Shown: positions 46,201 through 58,465 of the stretch, piece after piece
Layout of the letters: each line of letters starts with the position of its first letter
Position numbering within the stretch: the first letter of the stretch is position 1
Source of the DNA: Cladosporium halotolerans
Lineage: Eukaryota
Reading direction: 5' to 3'
Assembly (NCBI RefSeq): GCF_011745625.1
Contig: NW_027191458.1
Span: 682,001 to 746,000 of the forward strand
Length of the DNA stretch: 64,000 nucleotides
Made by a program: the position numbers and the translations under genes
The notes under the pieces: model-generated
Told to the model about the DNA's origin: nothing
Databases searched by the model: none
The model's input: the letters and a program-made list of their open reading frames with translations, nothing else

Positions 46201-48140
46201 TCATGAATGGAGGTGAAGTGGTCTTCGGTTGACAACGTCTTGGTGGAGGATCTGAGGAGCTCTGGCAAAGAATTTGTCTTAATGCTAGGCGAGTCGTGTG
46301 CTTGAATGCGGAATAGTGGTTCTAGATAATCCCTCTCGGGATCCTCAGCAGCGCCTTTCAGTGTTGAGAGGCTAGGCAGAGCGGCGAAGCTTGCAGATTG
46401 TGTCTGTTGAGAGGGTGCATGTTTGAGTGCATGTCGAGGCGTGTGCTGCAGCGGGGAAGGACCGGCATGGCTAGAACTCTGACGGCGCGTATCTTTCGGG
46501 GATACAGGAAAATCGGACGACATCCTGCGAAGCTCAGCCTCCAGCTTCACGGATAGACGTGGGCCAGATGCGCTCTTTTCTGTAGCCGTCTTGACCGGCG
46601 GGGGATCCATGGCAGAAGAGGAGTCGGTCGACTCAGCACCCGCTGGTTTGGCCGGATCCAGACTCTCACCTTGCGCAGGTTTTACCCTAGGAGCCACTGT
46701 GATATTATCGTCATCCGGTTCTCCAGAGCTGGGCTTTGCTTGCTGAGCATCGGTCATGGCCACATCGGCCGAGGCAGTGGCATTTGTCGGCGCATTCTGG
46801 GCTGCATTCCGATCTGCCTGCTTCTCTTTGACCACAATTTCAGCCTCGGTAAGTTCGGAGCTTTCTTTCGAATCCGGTTCAGGCCCATTCGCATCATTTA
46901 CGGCGCGTTCCTCTGCGTTGCGAGCTGCAGCCTCGCGTTCTTCCCACCGAAGCTGATCGTCTGGTGTATTGACATCACCAAGTGCCTGGCGTCTAGCAAT
47001 ATCCTTTTGAGCTTCCAGTTGTCGGTCGTGCTCCTCCTTGGCACGCTGTTCCTCAGGACTGGGACGAAGGTCATGTGGCACCTCAATGCGAGCAGTATCG
47101 GATCCGGGAGAAGTATTGGGGGAGTCCTGAGGTGGCATTGGTGTGGCAGCCGAATATGCGCCGACAGTGGAAGAGGGCGAGGAAGCAAGATCGCCTTGGG
47201 TCTGCAGATGTGAAAGTCGACGCCCTCCATCACCGTTGGGCTTGTGGCGTTTCTCGGCTTCCTGTTCACGCAAGCGCTCCTCCTGCACATCCTTGGGCGG
47301 GAGATGTACAGTCTTCGCGGGCTTCTGTGGGCTGCCTTCCAGGTTGAGTAGCTCCTCGGTGGCAACGGTGAGGTTGCCCTCATCCTCCTGCTCCGACGGC
47401 GCAACCTTGCTCATGAGACCATCAAGTCCCGAGGCGCCGTCGGCAGCATCCTGAGAAGTCTGAGACGGCTTTGAAGCTGATTTAGAAGTTGCAGCAGGAG
47501 TCCTCGGTCCAGTACCGGCGGCCATGTCGGCGGCCGAAGCAGGCCTGTCAAGAGCAGGCGACTCTGCAGCGGGCGCATCGGAATTTATTGTGGGCTTCGC
47601 ATCGTCAGAGTTCTTATCAGTAAGGCTAGTGAGCTTTGAGGCGTATATGGACGCCTCATTTTGTTGAAGTTGTGGAAATGGTAACGAAGTATCGTCGAAG
47701 TGACGATGGCTGCTGCGCTTGTTAGCGGGCTCGAGGAACGGAATGCGACAACGAAATGGAAACGAACCTCTGCAAGCTGTTTAATTTCAGCCATGTGAGA
47801 TCGTCTTGCGACAGACTCGAAAGATCGTTCGCATCGAAGTGGTGATTAGCCAGGCCGGAAATGGGCTGGTTTGCCTCGATGATGTGGTGGACGGCTTTCA
47901 GAGCCAGCAGCGCGGACGCGTGCGACCGCGACCTGGAAAAAGGTCAGCCATACGCGCCTCGCATCGAAATTAATCAAAACAATTGCACCAATTGCTTGAG
48001 TTATCATCGCAGGACGCGACTTGAGGATGCGAAGAATATCGGGGCAATACGCACGTCACGGGGCGGCCATGTTTCGAGGCGTGCGCGTCGGTCGCAGCAG
48101 TCGACATCCGGGGAGTCGCGCGCTGGGGGACATCTGTCAT
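43263..48140 (-). CDS. EAF1: NuA4 scaffold Eaf1/Vid21
   Basis: HSA region (RIYQLQNANKWSFRQ, EMKWMCKDFRAERK), SANT (WEDDQKLRKL..NWSLI..RTPWECFERW), Q-rich tail; 5' exons inferred through introns 47933-48054 and 47713-47767, so the start is less certain. Confidence 0.92.
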
Positions 48141-48576
48141 TCAGCGAACAACAGACGCAGCGCAGCGCATCAAAACTAGAGAAAGGAACAGCCGGCGCAG
48201 AGGAGGGCCGAGGGCGTGGGAGAGGAAATGGGGATAGTCGGGGAGTGCAGGGCTTGGGTGTTCGTGATGGCGGCAGGCGTCGTGTGGTCGACTTTGCGCC
48301 CGTGGACGCGGAAGGGCTGGCTGGCTGGCTTGGGGGGAGCGGCGATGATTCTTGCAGCGCTGCGATCAAGGATGGCGCGCCTGCGATCGCCTAAGCTTGC
48401 TGAGCCTGAGCCTGCCCCCAACCCGCCCGCGCGCTGCCCTTGCACGGCTCCAGCCGACCCGCTGCCTCCCGCGCGCGCGGACCTCGACCATGCAATGACG
48501 GCGAAAATTAATGCCCTTCGCGTCGGAAGAGCTGCTGGAGAGCAGCGAACCTCACTAATATAAAGCACAACCCGAC

Positions 48577-50106
48577 ATGCCTGGAGCCACAGGGAAGAGA
48601 AAGCGCGAGGACGCAGCCGCGCGTCCCAGCGCACTCAAAAAGGCAGCGTCCAAGCCTGCGGTAGTCGCCAAACAGAAGACGACCGCAGCGCCAGCAAAGG
48701 CAGCAAAAGTCCAGACCTCGTCGAGCAAATCCCAAAACGGAAATGCCAGCAACGACCAGCCACTGTCCATCCAAGTCGTGACCGGCTCGTACGAGCGTGT
48801 GCTGCACGGCTTCACAGCGAGCATCCCCCGCCAGGCCCTCAGCAATAGCAACTCCAACGACGAGGAATCCACGACGACCTTCTCTGACACCTTCCTCTTC
48901 GCCGCCCATGCCTCTTCAGTCCGCTGCCTGGCCCTCTCGCCGCCCACGGAGTCTGACAAGCGATACCTCGCCACTGGAAGCTCCGACGAGCGCATCAACG
49001 TCTACACCATTTCCACCGCGCCGCCAATCAGCAATGCCTCGAAAAAGCTCCCTTCACTGGCCCAAAGTTCCATTTCCGAAAATCCTTCCAACAGATCACT
49101 GGGCTCCCTTCTCCACCACGACCGTGCCATCACTCGATTGAATTTCCCCGCAAAGGGCAAGCTCTTCTCCTCCGCTGAAGACAACACCATCGCCATTTCT
49201 CGCACCCGCGACTGGACCGCTCTGTCCTCCATCAAAGCACCCATGCCTAAGGTCCAGGGACGGCCGTCTGGAGACACGGCTGGACCGGGCGAGATCCCAA
49301 TGGGGATCAACGATTTTGCTATCCATCCCTCTCAGAAGCTCATGCTGAGCGTCGGCCGCGGCGAGAAATCGATGAGGCTGTGGAATTTGATGACCGGAAA
49401 GAAGGCTGGTGTCTTGACGTTCGAGAGGGATGTTCTGAACCAGGTGGGCGAGGGCAAATTCAGCAGTGGCGAGGGTAGGCGAATCCTTTTTGACGAGGCT
49501 GGAGAGAACTTCGTTGTCGGTTTCGAGCGGGGAGCTGTCGTCTTCGGCATCGACGACTCTCGACCAAAGGCTGTCATCAAAACGACGCCGACAACCAAGC
49601 TGCATAAGATGCAGTTTCTCCAGTCAACTGAAGGGAAGATCGTGCTTTCGGTATCATCGGAAGACGGCAGGGTGCTCTTCTTCGACGTGACGAAAGCGGC
49701 CGCGGAGCCCGCACCCGAAGACTCCAAGGCCCTGCCCGTCTGCCAGTGCATAGCCCAGCTCGGTGGCAAGGCTGCCAATGTCAGCGGACGCATCAAGGAC
49801 TTCGAAGTTGTTCAAATTCCCAACAGCAGTGACATGGTAATCGTTACAGCAAGCAGCGACGGCGCTGTGCGGTTGTGGAAGCTGTCACCAGAAGCCATTG
49901 CGGCGACGGAGGGCAGCTCTGTGCCCACGCAGGTTGGTGACTTGGTCGGTGCCCTCGAGACTGGCAGCAGGATTACTTGCTTGGGCGCATTTGCCATGGA
50001 TGGCACTCACGGAAACACCAAGGTTGATCCGGACGACAATGTTGCGGATGAGGCGGAGGAGGAGGAGGAGGAGGAGGAGGAGGAAAGCGACAGTGATGAG
50101 GAGTGA
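48577..50106 (+). CDS. MAK11: 60S biogenesis WD40 protein Mak11/PAK1IP1
   Basis: IQVVTGSYERVLHG, FLFAAH, LATGSSDERI, MRLWNLMTGKKA, RITCL, acidic tail. Confidence 0.92.
   Translation: MPGATGKRKREDAAARPSALKKAASKPAVVAKQKTTAAPAKAAKVQTSSSKSQNGNASNDQPLSIQVVTGSYERVLHGFTASIPRQALSNSNSNDEESTTTFSDTFLFAAHASSVRCLALSPPTESDKRYLATGSSDERINVYTISTAPPISNASKKLPSLAQSSISENPSNRSLGSLLHHDRAITRLNFPAKGKLFSSAEDNTIAISRTRDWTALSSIKAPMPKVQGRPSGDTAGPGEIPMGINDFAIHPSQKLMLSVGRGEKSMRLWNLMTGKKAGVLTFERDVLNQVGEGKFSSGEGRRILFDEAGENFVVGFERGAVVFGIDDSRPKAVIKTTPTTKLHKMQFLQSTEGKIVLSVSSEDGRVLFFDVTKAAAEPAPEDSKALPVCQCIAQLGGKAANVSGRIKDFEVVQIPNSSDMVIVTASSDGAVRLWKLSPEAIAATEGSSVPTQVGDLVGALETGSRITCLGAFAMDGTHGNTKVDPDDNVADEAEEEEEEEEEESDSDEE
50056..50082 (+). 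repeat. (GAG)9 coding microsatellite (poly-Glu) in MAK11
   Basis: Direct count. Confidence 0.9.
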
Positions 50107-50449
50107 TTAGAGCTGTTGTGATACCTGATTAGCGAGTCACTGTACACTCTTGCTGTATTCTTACATACCTTTTGAGTACAACATGATCGCGCCGCCTCAT
50201 ATTCGCGTTCAATGGCCGTGTCGAGAAGCATCCTATAGTAATATAGGTACCTGAAATAATAAAAGCTCAGGAACAGCTTCCAAGCCCACAACCCTCCCCG
50301 CATTGCCGTCACCAGCCAGCAGCGAGCACGCAAGCCCCACCAAGCACGCACCTTCGAGGCTTCGACTCCCAATCCCACAACCCTCACGTCAAACCACACC
50401 AAAACCACCACACTTTCGCTACAGAACGACACCCTCAAACCCACAGAAA

Positions 50450-51165
50450 ATGGCCTCCACAACAATCAAAGGCCCCGGCGAAGCCCGCACCTACGACGGT
50501 ACCGCTTACTATCCCTCCCATCCCTCCCTCCCGCCCACCAACACCCAACTAACCCACCTCCCACCGCAGGCGCCCCCCTCCGCATCGGCATAGTGCACGC
50601 GCGCTGGAACACGCAAATCATCTCCTCGCTCCTCGACGGCACCCTCCGCTCGCTCCGCGCGGCCGGCGTGCGCGACGAAAACATCACGATCCAGACCGTG
50701 CCCGGCTCCTACGAGCTGCCCTACGCCGTGCAGCGCATGTACCAGGCCTCGCAAACGCAGCACGCGGCCTCGTCCTCGGGCCCGCTCGCCAGCGCCGCCA
50801 GCGACCTGCTCGGCAGCGCCTCGGACCTGACGTCCCTGCCCAAAGAGCAAGCGCAGCAGCAGAGCAAGAGCAAGGGCAGCAACGAGCCCTTCGACGCGAT
50901 CATCGCGATCGGCGCGCTGATCAAGGGCTCGACGATGCACTTCGAGTACATCTCGGACAGCGTCTCGCACGCGCTGATGCGGGTGCAGATGGAGACGGGC
51001 TGCGCGGTGGTGTTCGGGCTGCTGACGCTGCTGACGGAGGAGCAGGGGCTGGAGCGCGCGGGCGTGGACGGCAAGGGGCACAATCACGGCGAGGACTGGG
51101 GCGCGGCGGCGGTGGAGTTGGGGGTTAAGAGGAGGGGCTGGGCGGAGGGGAGGTTCGTGGAGTAG
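50450..51165 (+). CDS. RIB4: 6,7-dimethyl-8-ribityllumazine synthase
   Basis: LRIGIVHARWN, VPGSYELP, IGALIKGSTMHFEYI, HNHGEDWG; intron 50499-50569. Confidence 0.96.
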
Positions 51166-51555
51166 AGGGGCTTAGTGGGAGGGGGATGTGAAGGGAGGTA
51201 GGATGTGATTGGGATATCCATTAGAGGCGGAGTACGTCTTGGGATGGAATCTTACGACGCTTCGAAGAAGCGCACAAAGCTACTAAGGCCTCGTGGTTTC
51301 GAGGTGAAAAAGAGTTACAAAAATACTGGTGGTACACAAAGTCGTCCCCTCTCGCGTGGCGTCGATTGCGCCTGCGCTGAAGGACCAAGAACCCCCAAAT
51401 GCAATACCGCGGGCAGCATGCTGCCCATCCGTTCTTGCGCCGTGGAAATGCTTTCAAACCCATCTGGCATCGTACACTTCATTGACAGGAGTACGTCAAA
51501 GGCCCGCAACGCCGTGCTTCTTGATTGATTGGATGTTGAAATGACAATGAACCGC

Positions 51556-54500
51556 TTAGTTGAGGAATCCCTTGCATATGGGCGAGCCGCACAGGCAAGG
51601 AATGCGATCCGTCGAGCCGATCTCGCGCTCGAACTTGTAGTCGTAGGTAAGCTCGTCGTCTAGGAATCAGTCAGTATACGCTCTCGTTAATTATACGGCT
51701 AGGGTGAGAACCTACTCCTTGTGATCTCCTTGAGAGCATAGATCACAATTCTCGGCGCGCCCTCGACCTTGATGATCTTGGCGGTGCAGTTCGGGTCGCA
51801 AGAGTGGTTGATGAAGCGCGCAATGCCGCCCTTCTTGGTCGCGTCGACGATCTCGTCGTCCATCATGCGGAACAGGTAGCTCGAGCCGACGCCTTGTTTC
51901 TCGTACCGGATCTCGCGCATATCAGCGACCTTCTGCCGGACCTTCTCGCCAACGTACTCGATGATGAGCTCGTTGATGGCGATGTTCTCGTCGGCGTACA
52001 GTCCCCAGCCGTGGATGGCGGAACGCTCGAACTTCACGTGCTTCTTGCGCTTCTTAAGTGCGTTGAAGCGGATCGCAACGTCGGCGTCGCTGTTTGTCGT
52101 GGCGGCCAGCGTCTGCTTCTGTAGGTTGATGTCGTTGACGAGACGGCGGTTGTTCGCACGGTTGCTACGTGAAGACGCCGTGCTGGCAATCTTCTCTGCC
52201 GCTGCGGCCTTTGCAGCTTCTGCGGCAATCGTCGGATTGGCTTTGGCCTGAGCCTGGCGTTCTTCTCGAGCTTTCTGCACCTTGATGCGGTGAGGTAGAT
52301 ACTTCGACTTCTCCTCGTTGAGGATCTTCTTGACGCCTTCCGTACGAGCGGAACCAGAAGGATTAGGCACATAGTATCCCTCAATGCCTGTCTCGGAATG
52401 CAGACCTCCATCGCCGCCGCTGTTGAGAGCCTTGATCTCTTTCTGCTTGAAGGCCCAGAGCTTCGCGTCGCCAATGTGCGCAACCTTCTCGTCCGCAAGG
52501 GCTTTCCTCGCGAACATGAGATCCTCATCGTCTTTGAGCGCATGCTGCCACCCGTCGATATCAAGAACGATTTCGTGATCATCCTCGACTGTCCGCCTGG
52601 GCTTGTCATACGTGACACTGAGCTGGTGGGTGGTATCCTGATCTTCCGTCTCCTCAACAGCAGCGAGCTCGCGGTCTTTCTCCTCGATCTTGCTGATGGC
52701 CTGCTTTTGCTCGACGGGCTTCTTCGCGACCTTAGCATGAGTGGCCTTGGCTTTAAGCGCGAGTTGTTGTTCAATGATCTTCTCCTTGCTCTTTTTCTTC
52801 TTCTTGGCCAGCGCAGTGATAGCAGCATCGTCCATGTCAAGGAGCGACATAGCCTCAGAAGGCGCAGACTTCTTCGAAGGCAGATCCTCCTTTTCGGTTT
52901 TCTCGACCACCGGCTCCTCGGTGTCTTCCTTGATAATGGGCTGCACGGAGAAAAGATCATCGTCCTCCTTCGAGCGTACGCGCATGTAATATTCGGTCCT
53001 GGCGCGGGTCGCATACTTGGAGTCCCGGGGCAGCGTGCCCATGACCAGTTCCAGTTCGCGAGTAGCCAGATCCTCCGGCTCCTTATGCAGGAGATGGCCG
53101 ACGAGTTGCTTCTGAAGATCGGTGAAGACATCCTTCTTGTTGTCCTCTTCCTCCTCCCACTCTGCAGTCTTCCTCCGTTTGTTCGGTGTCTCCGCAACCG
53201 ACTCCGAATCAAATGGAGTAGAATTCCGGCTTGCGCGACTGAGAGGCCTACTCTCCTGATCTTCTGTATCCCTCGTGGCCGAAGTCCTGTGCTCGTCATC
53301 CGAATCATCCTCCTCATCGTACATTTGCTGCAGCTTGAAGTGCAGACCTCTGGCATGCGTAGGCCTCGGTGCTGGCCGCCGGCGTCGCTCGTCCAGGAAT
53401 GCATTTGCAGGTTCTCTGTCCTTGTAACCTTTCCTACCGCGTTGCTGATTGGGATCGTGAGGGCGAAGCGGCTTCGAGTATCCATGGCGGCCTCTTGGAG
53501 TCTGTGGAGGCGTATCGCCGACCTTGCTGAAAAGCAGACTAGGGGCCTTGTTCTCGATGTCCAATGGATCCGGAAGCCCAAGCTTTCTGCGCTTCGCAGC
53601 GTGGCGAGCCGGATCAAGGCTCTCGTGGAAAATAGGAATCGCAACACGGGTCTTGATGTCGTCGAAGATTTTGTTCCGGAGCTCAGTCTTCAGGTGCTCG
53701 AGTGCGCCCAGCACAGGATCCATGTTCTCAGCCCGGTTCTTCTTCTCGATCTCGATGTCCTCGGCCTCTTCACGCTGCAGACGCTCCACTTCCTCCTTCT
53801 TCATCTTAGCAGCTTGCACTCGCTCTGGACTTGGGCTCCGCTCGTAGTTGGGGTTTCCGTACTTCTGACATTCCATGCCCATGTTGTAGGTGAACAGCAG
53901 AGCGCCATTGCACTCCACGAAGCACCGTTCCGTTTCATCTTCGCCGCGCTTCGAGTTGTCAAAAATCACATAGTAGCCAGTCCTGTCCACGCGCACCTCT
54001 CTCCAGTCGTACGACTTCAGGCGCTTCTTCAAATGTGGTATCGTGGTGCCTAATACTGGGACCGAAGCGTGCGGGATGTGAATGTAAGGCTTGCGCTTGA
54101 TCTTGCTGAGAACCGGCTCTTCCTCAATCAAAGATGCAGCCGCTGCTCGCGGATTGAGCGGCACAGTAGATCTGGGACCTTCAGGCGGCTTGACCGTGCT
54201 CTTTCCGGATGGTCCTTTCGGCGCATTGGGCGGAGGGGCTGGGGAGTCGGTGTTTGGAGTCGAAGAGGTTCCAGGAGGTGGCGGAGGTGGTATGCTGGCG
54301 CTGCGATTCCGCTCTCGCTCTTCATTTGCCTTGCGCAAAGCACTATCCACATAGCGCTTGCAACGGCGACCCTCGCGATCAGCTTCCACCTGCACAGTAT
54401 TCAATCCTATTCTGTGGCCATGGAATTCTTTCTCCGCCTGCTTCGCCGATGCAGCCGCGGTGTATTGCACGCCATCTCTGACAGTGTCCCGGTACTTAAT

Positions 54501-55562
54501 CGAGGCAATGCCGAGGAAGCTGCCCGTCGCTGGGTCCGTTTTGCTTTGAACTGAAGCGATGCTGCCGAATTGTTCAAAATTGAGCCTCAGGGTTGATTCC
54601 GGCGTAAACGGGTCGAATCCCACAACCACAACCTGCTGCGCCTCTCCAGGACCGACAGAATATTTGTCGGTCTTGAAAGGTGGCAAATTGTACGGAGCAA
54701 TTCTGAAGATCGCCTTACTGGGCCTGTCCTTCGACCTGCAATTACCGGACGTGTATCCGGGAATTGCTAATCGAGGATCAGGTGGCGGATCCGGTTGGTA
54801 TGCCTAATTATTCACCCAGTGTCAGCGAAAGGGTACAGAGCGGACTTTTTTCTTCGCTATTCTCTCCGAAATTCATGTCATCTGTATCATGTTGCGCAGG
54901 CTCAGCAGATTATGGAATGTTTTGCGTACCTCAAGTCCGAATTCTTTTGTTCTGACTGTTGCTCGTTTCCGTTCCTCCCTTTTGAGCCTGCCATCCAATT
55001 CTGGATCCCATACCGCTCTGTACCCTTTCACTTTGCCGGGTGGTAATTGCATTGAGGGGCGGTCGGCGCGCGAATGTGGCGATACCTGAGCGGGTTCTGA
55101 GGAGCGCATGGCGGAGGAAATGTGTGTACCGTTTGTCGTCGACATCTCGGTCAATGAATGCGCAGCGCGAGGACTGGACGCCTTCGCAGACAAGGAGTCT
55201 GAGTGGCTGGTGAGCGGTGTCAGGCCGTTCGCAAGTGATGAGGCTCTGTTCTGAGCAGCGGCTTGGGAGTTGTGACTAAACACCGACGATGATGCGCTGT
55301 GTAAAGAGCTGGTAGAGCCAACTCCGTGTAAGAGGTCTCCAGACTCTGGATGCTGGAGCTCATCTGGGTCTGGTGAGGGGTATTGTTTGTAATCGCCGGG
55401 CGTCCCCAAAGGACGCGGGCTGCTGTGTGAAGATGCACCTCCTGCGAGCTTTGCGCGCTGGGCGATGCGCGAGTTTGTATAGTCAGCAAGACCACGCTTG
55501 CGCTTCAATGAGCTGGGAGAAACGCTCCGCCTGACTGCTCCCACGCCGCCAGACTGCGACAT
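51556..55562 (-). CDS. SET1: Histone H3K4 methyltransferase Set1
   Basis: [47 protein letters not shown], post-[16 protein letters not shown]; introns 54804-54929, 51660-51715. Confidence 0.97.
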
Positions 55563-56533
55563 ATCGCCGCGAACGCCTTAGACGCGCAGCGAGCACAGCA
55601 TGGCGACCGAGAGGGCGATGCTTGATTGTGATGCAGTATGGGAAATGGCCGCGTGGAAAAGTTGCGCCTCGGCGGCGGAGGAGGAACGCGCGCTCGAAAC
55701 GCGTGCAGCGGACGTGCGGTTCGCGGTGAAGAGCGTGGGCGGCGCGAAGGAAGAGTGGGAGATGGTGCGAGGAGGTATAGATGGCCGCGCACAAGCGAAA
55801 CTGCGTACACGCGGTTGCGACGGGCCAGGTGATGTTGGAGGGATGAAGGCGGGAGGAGGAGTTGATCTGTCCGAGCGCCTGGATGCCAAGGCATTCTCTC
55901 TCATCTCCGGGGAAGCTGCTGCATGTGCTTCCAAGGAACGACAACCTTCACTACATCATTCGTCGGGAAAACATCATCAACAAAAGAGCCTTCGAACATG
56001 TGATCTGTTCTAGTCGCCTTCCTCAAAGCAATCTAGAGCTTCTGGATCGTCTCATTATTCCGTTTGCACAAACGGACATCGCATGACAATTCGCAAGCAG
56101 AACGCGCCGTAGCCATCGCCGATCCCGCCGCCTCCGCTTCCCCCCTCGCTCTCATCAATACGCGAACTCTACGTATTAGAACGTGGGAAGAGGATCATCC
56201 TGAATACTTGATGAAATCCAGGATGGGTGCATCGTTGGGTCAATATTGGGTCACGTGACCTAAATCGCATGTGCATACTTTGTGGGCCCAAGCGTGCGCT
56301 TTATTCGCCTGCATAGTAGATAGGAGTCCTTGTCAAAGGGAATGCAGGCAAGGGATGCTAGCTCCTTGGAAGGTGACTGTGGCCACCTCAAGACGTCCCG
56401 ACGAGAGCAGAGCACTGTAACCATATTGCACGTAACATAGTTGTCACTTTCCAGGAGATATGTAATGCTTACTTCTACGTACTTCCAATACCCATCACCC
56501 AACCCCAATCAATGCAATGCGAATCTGTCCTCC

Positions 56534-57688
56534 TCATGCCCTCGTCGGTGCGAGCTTCCTTCCAATGTTGCCAAAGCAGACGGAGCTGACGAAAAGCACG
56601 CTTGCGATCCAAGTGGCTACTGCGACCGATTCGTGGCTGAACAGCCCTAGGACGAGCTCCTCGCTCGGGCCCACGTATGCCGTGCCGTTTCCTGCGTGCG
56701 GGTGCACAAGTCTCCTGGGTGATGGCGAAGGAAGCAGCGCAGGGTTAATTCCAAGTAGCATGGCGGTGCCTCCGATGGAGACTAGGGTGGAAAGGATGAA
56801 GCCGGGCGGCGAGCGGTCGATGATGAACCAAATGGCAGGGTTTGCGAGAGCGAGGGTCAAGGACAGCTGCAAGGTAGACTGCCAGGGCAGCTTTCGGATA
56901 GCGAATGCAATTCCAACAAAAGCTCCTACCGACCGGACCACATCATTCCAGGCGACCATGCCCTGGGGCCGAGTAGACGAGTTCCTTCTCCTAGCGTCCT
57001 CTTCCCTCTCTTCAATGTCATCATCGTCATCTCCAGTCCAGATGGCGTCCAAGTGGGGCAGCGCCTGTCCGAGCAGCACGCCGGCCGAGCCCCAAAAGAC
57101 GTAGTACGGCCAGGATGATCGGTCGATACCCTCAACCTTGACGGGCGCGATGTCCTGGGTGTCGTGCAAGTGGCTCACCAGCAAGCCGTACATAACACCA
57201 ACGCCGAACAGAGCCACCACACGGCCCAGCAGGGGTAGCCAGTAGCCCTTGAGTCCTCTCTTTGCCCTGAGCGGTACATGCCTTTGTGCAACGGCTGTGC
57301 TTCTCCGCCTCCTCTTCAGTCCGCCCGGACCATTCGCCAGGATTGTATCAGGGATGTCCACATTGGCTCTGTCCGAGTCGACTGGAGTCTCAGCTCCAGT
57401 GCCCCAAGGCGTGGAGGGCTCTTCGCGCTCGACGGCGTAGCCGGTTGGGCTGTAAATTCCAAAGAGGGTTGAGGACGTCAGGTTCAGGATGCTGCGGGTA
57501 CGAGAGGGTGTCGAGCTTCCATCTTTGGTAGAAAGGGCGGCCGTGAGCTGAGACGGGAATTGTTGTGGTTCCGAGGGTGGAGTGGAAGAGGGAGAGGGCG
57601 GGCCGCTGGTCGACAGCTCAAAGGGACGGCGGGGCCGAGGGCGGAGCGTTGGTAAGCTGTCCTCGTCGTGAAGTGGGTTGTGGGACAT
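56534..57688 (-). CDS. INSIG-domain membrane protein (Nsg1/Ins1-like)
   Basis: SILNLTSSTLFGIY, VRSVGAFVGIAFAIRKLPWQS, LANPAIWFIIDRS, SVLFVSSVCFGNIGR. Confidence 0.88.
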   Translation of the reverse strand: MSHNPLHDEDSLPTLRPRPRRPFELSTSGPPSPSSTPPSEPQQFPSQLTAALSTKDGSSTPSRTRSILNLTSSTLFGIYSPTGYAVEREEPSTPWGTGAETPVDSDRANVDIPDTILANGPGGLKRRRRSTAVAQRHVPLRAKRGLKGYWLPLLGRVVALFGVGVMYGLLVSHLHDTQDIAPVKVEGIDRSSWPYYVFWGSAGVLLGQALPHLDAIWTGDDDDDIEEREEDARRRNSSTRPQGMVAWNDVVRSVGAFVGIAFAIRKLPWQSTLQLSLTLALANPAIWFIIDRSPPGFILSTLVSIGGTAMLLGINPALLPSPSPRRLVHPHAGNGTAYVGPSEELVLGLFSHESVAVATWIASVLFVSSVCFGNIGRKLAPTRA

Positions 57689-58465
57689 GGCGACTTGGTG
57701 ATTTTCAATATAGGAGTGGTGAAGTCTGCTGATTATAGTACAGAGGATCCAATTCTGAGGACGTCACGCGGACAAAGGTTTCGGTGGCCCTGGTCTCTTT
57801 GACGGTCCAAGCTTGATGGCCTCAGCTCACGCGGTCAAGGACGGAGGGGAAATCGGGTGATATAGATGCTGGGCAAGAGGGGATGGGGCGTTTGCAGGCT
57901 GGGGGAGGGCTGCGAGGTCATGGCTGCATGCAGAGCGGAGAAGGAGCTGGTCTGACCGAGCCCCATCGATTTGGTCTTTCGTCACACGATACTGCAGAGC
58001 AATGGCAGGAAAATGGCATGTGAAGCCAAGCCCCGGCCAGGGCTCGCGGGAAGGGCGGCGGAACTATGGGCCAGGCATCCAGGGTTCTCTCAGGACGGCG
58101 GGGAACGACACAGCAGCGAGTGGCGGTTGCGCCTTTCGTAAGCAGCCACAGAGCGGACACTGTGTGCGCGCGTGAACCTAGTATGCGTACTTTGTTGTCC
58201 AGTACTATGGCATTCATCTCGTCGCGAGGGTCGGTTCGTCGGACGTGGCCGTGGGTGGTCTTTCCGGTGCGTGGAGGCTTGCTTCACTCGCGTTTCAGGC
58301 TTCAGCACATCGCTCGGGCGCCCCCGCAAACCTGAGGCTCGCTGGCTGGCAGAGCTGCCGACTCCAAAAAAATCTCCGCTAGACGACCAATAGGTTGTAC
58401 TGGAAGAGGCGCTGGCTTTGCACTGAGCTTGTACACGTCTATTTCCGCAAAACATTGAAACAGAT

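Noticed and set aside
52398..54053. 551-aa antisense ORF over SET1, and similar long shadow ORFs over eIF3b (33957-35099) and EAF1 (44031-45305)
   Set aside because: Expected by-product of C/G-ending codon bias on the coding strand; no recognisable motifs
56249..56260. Perfect 12-bp palindrome GGTCACGTGACC with an E-box
   Set aside because: A single motif about 690 bp from the SET1 ATG; no target can be assigned
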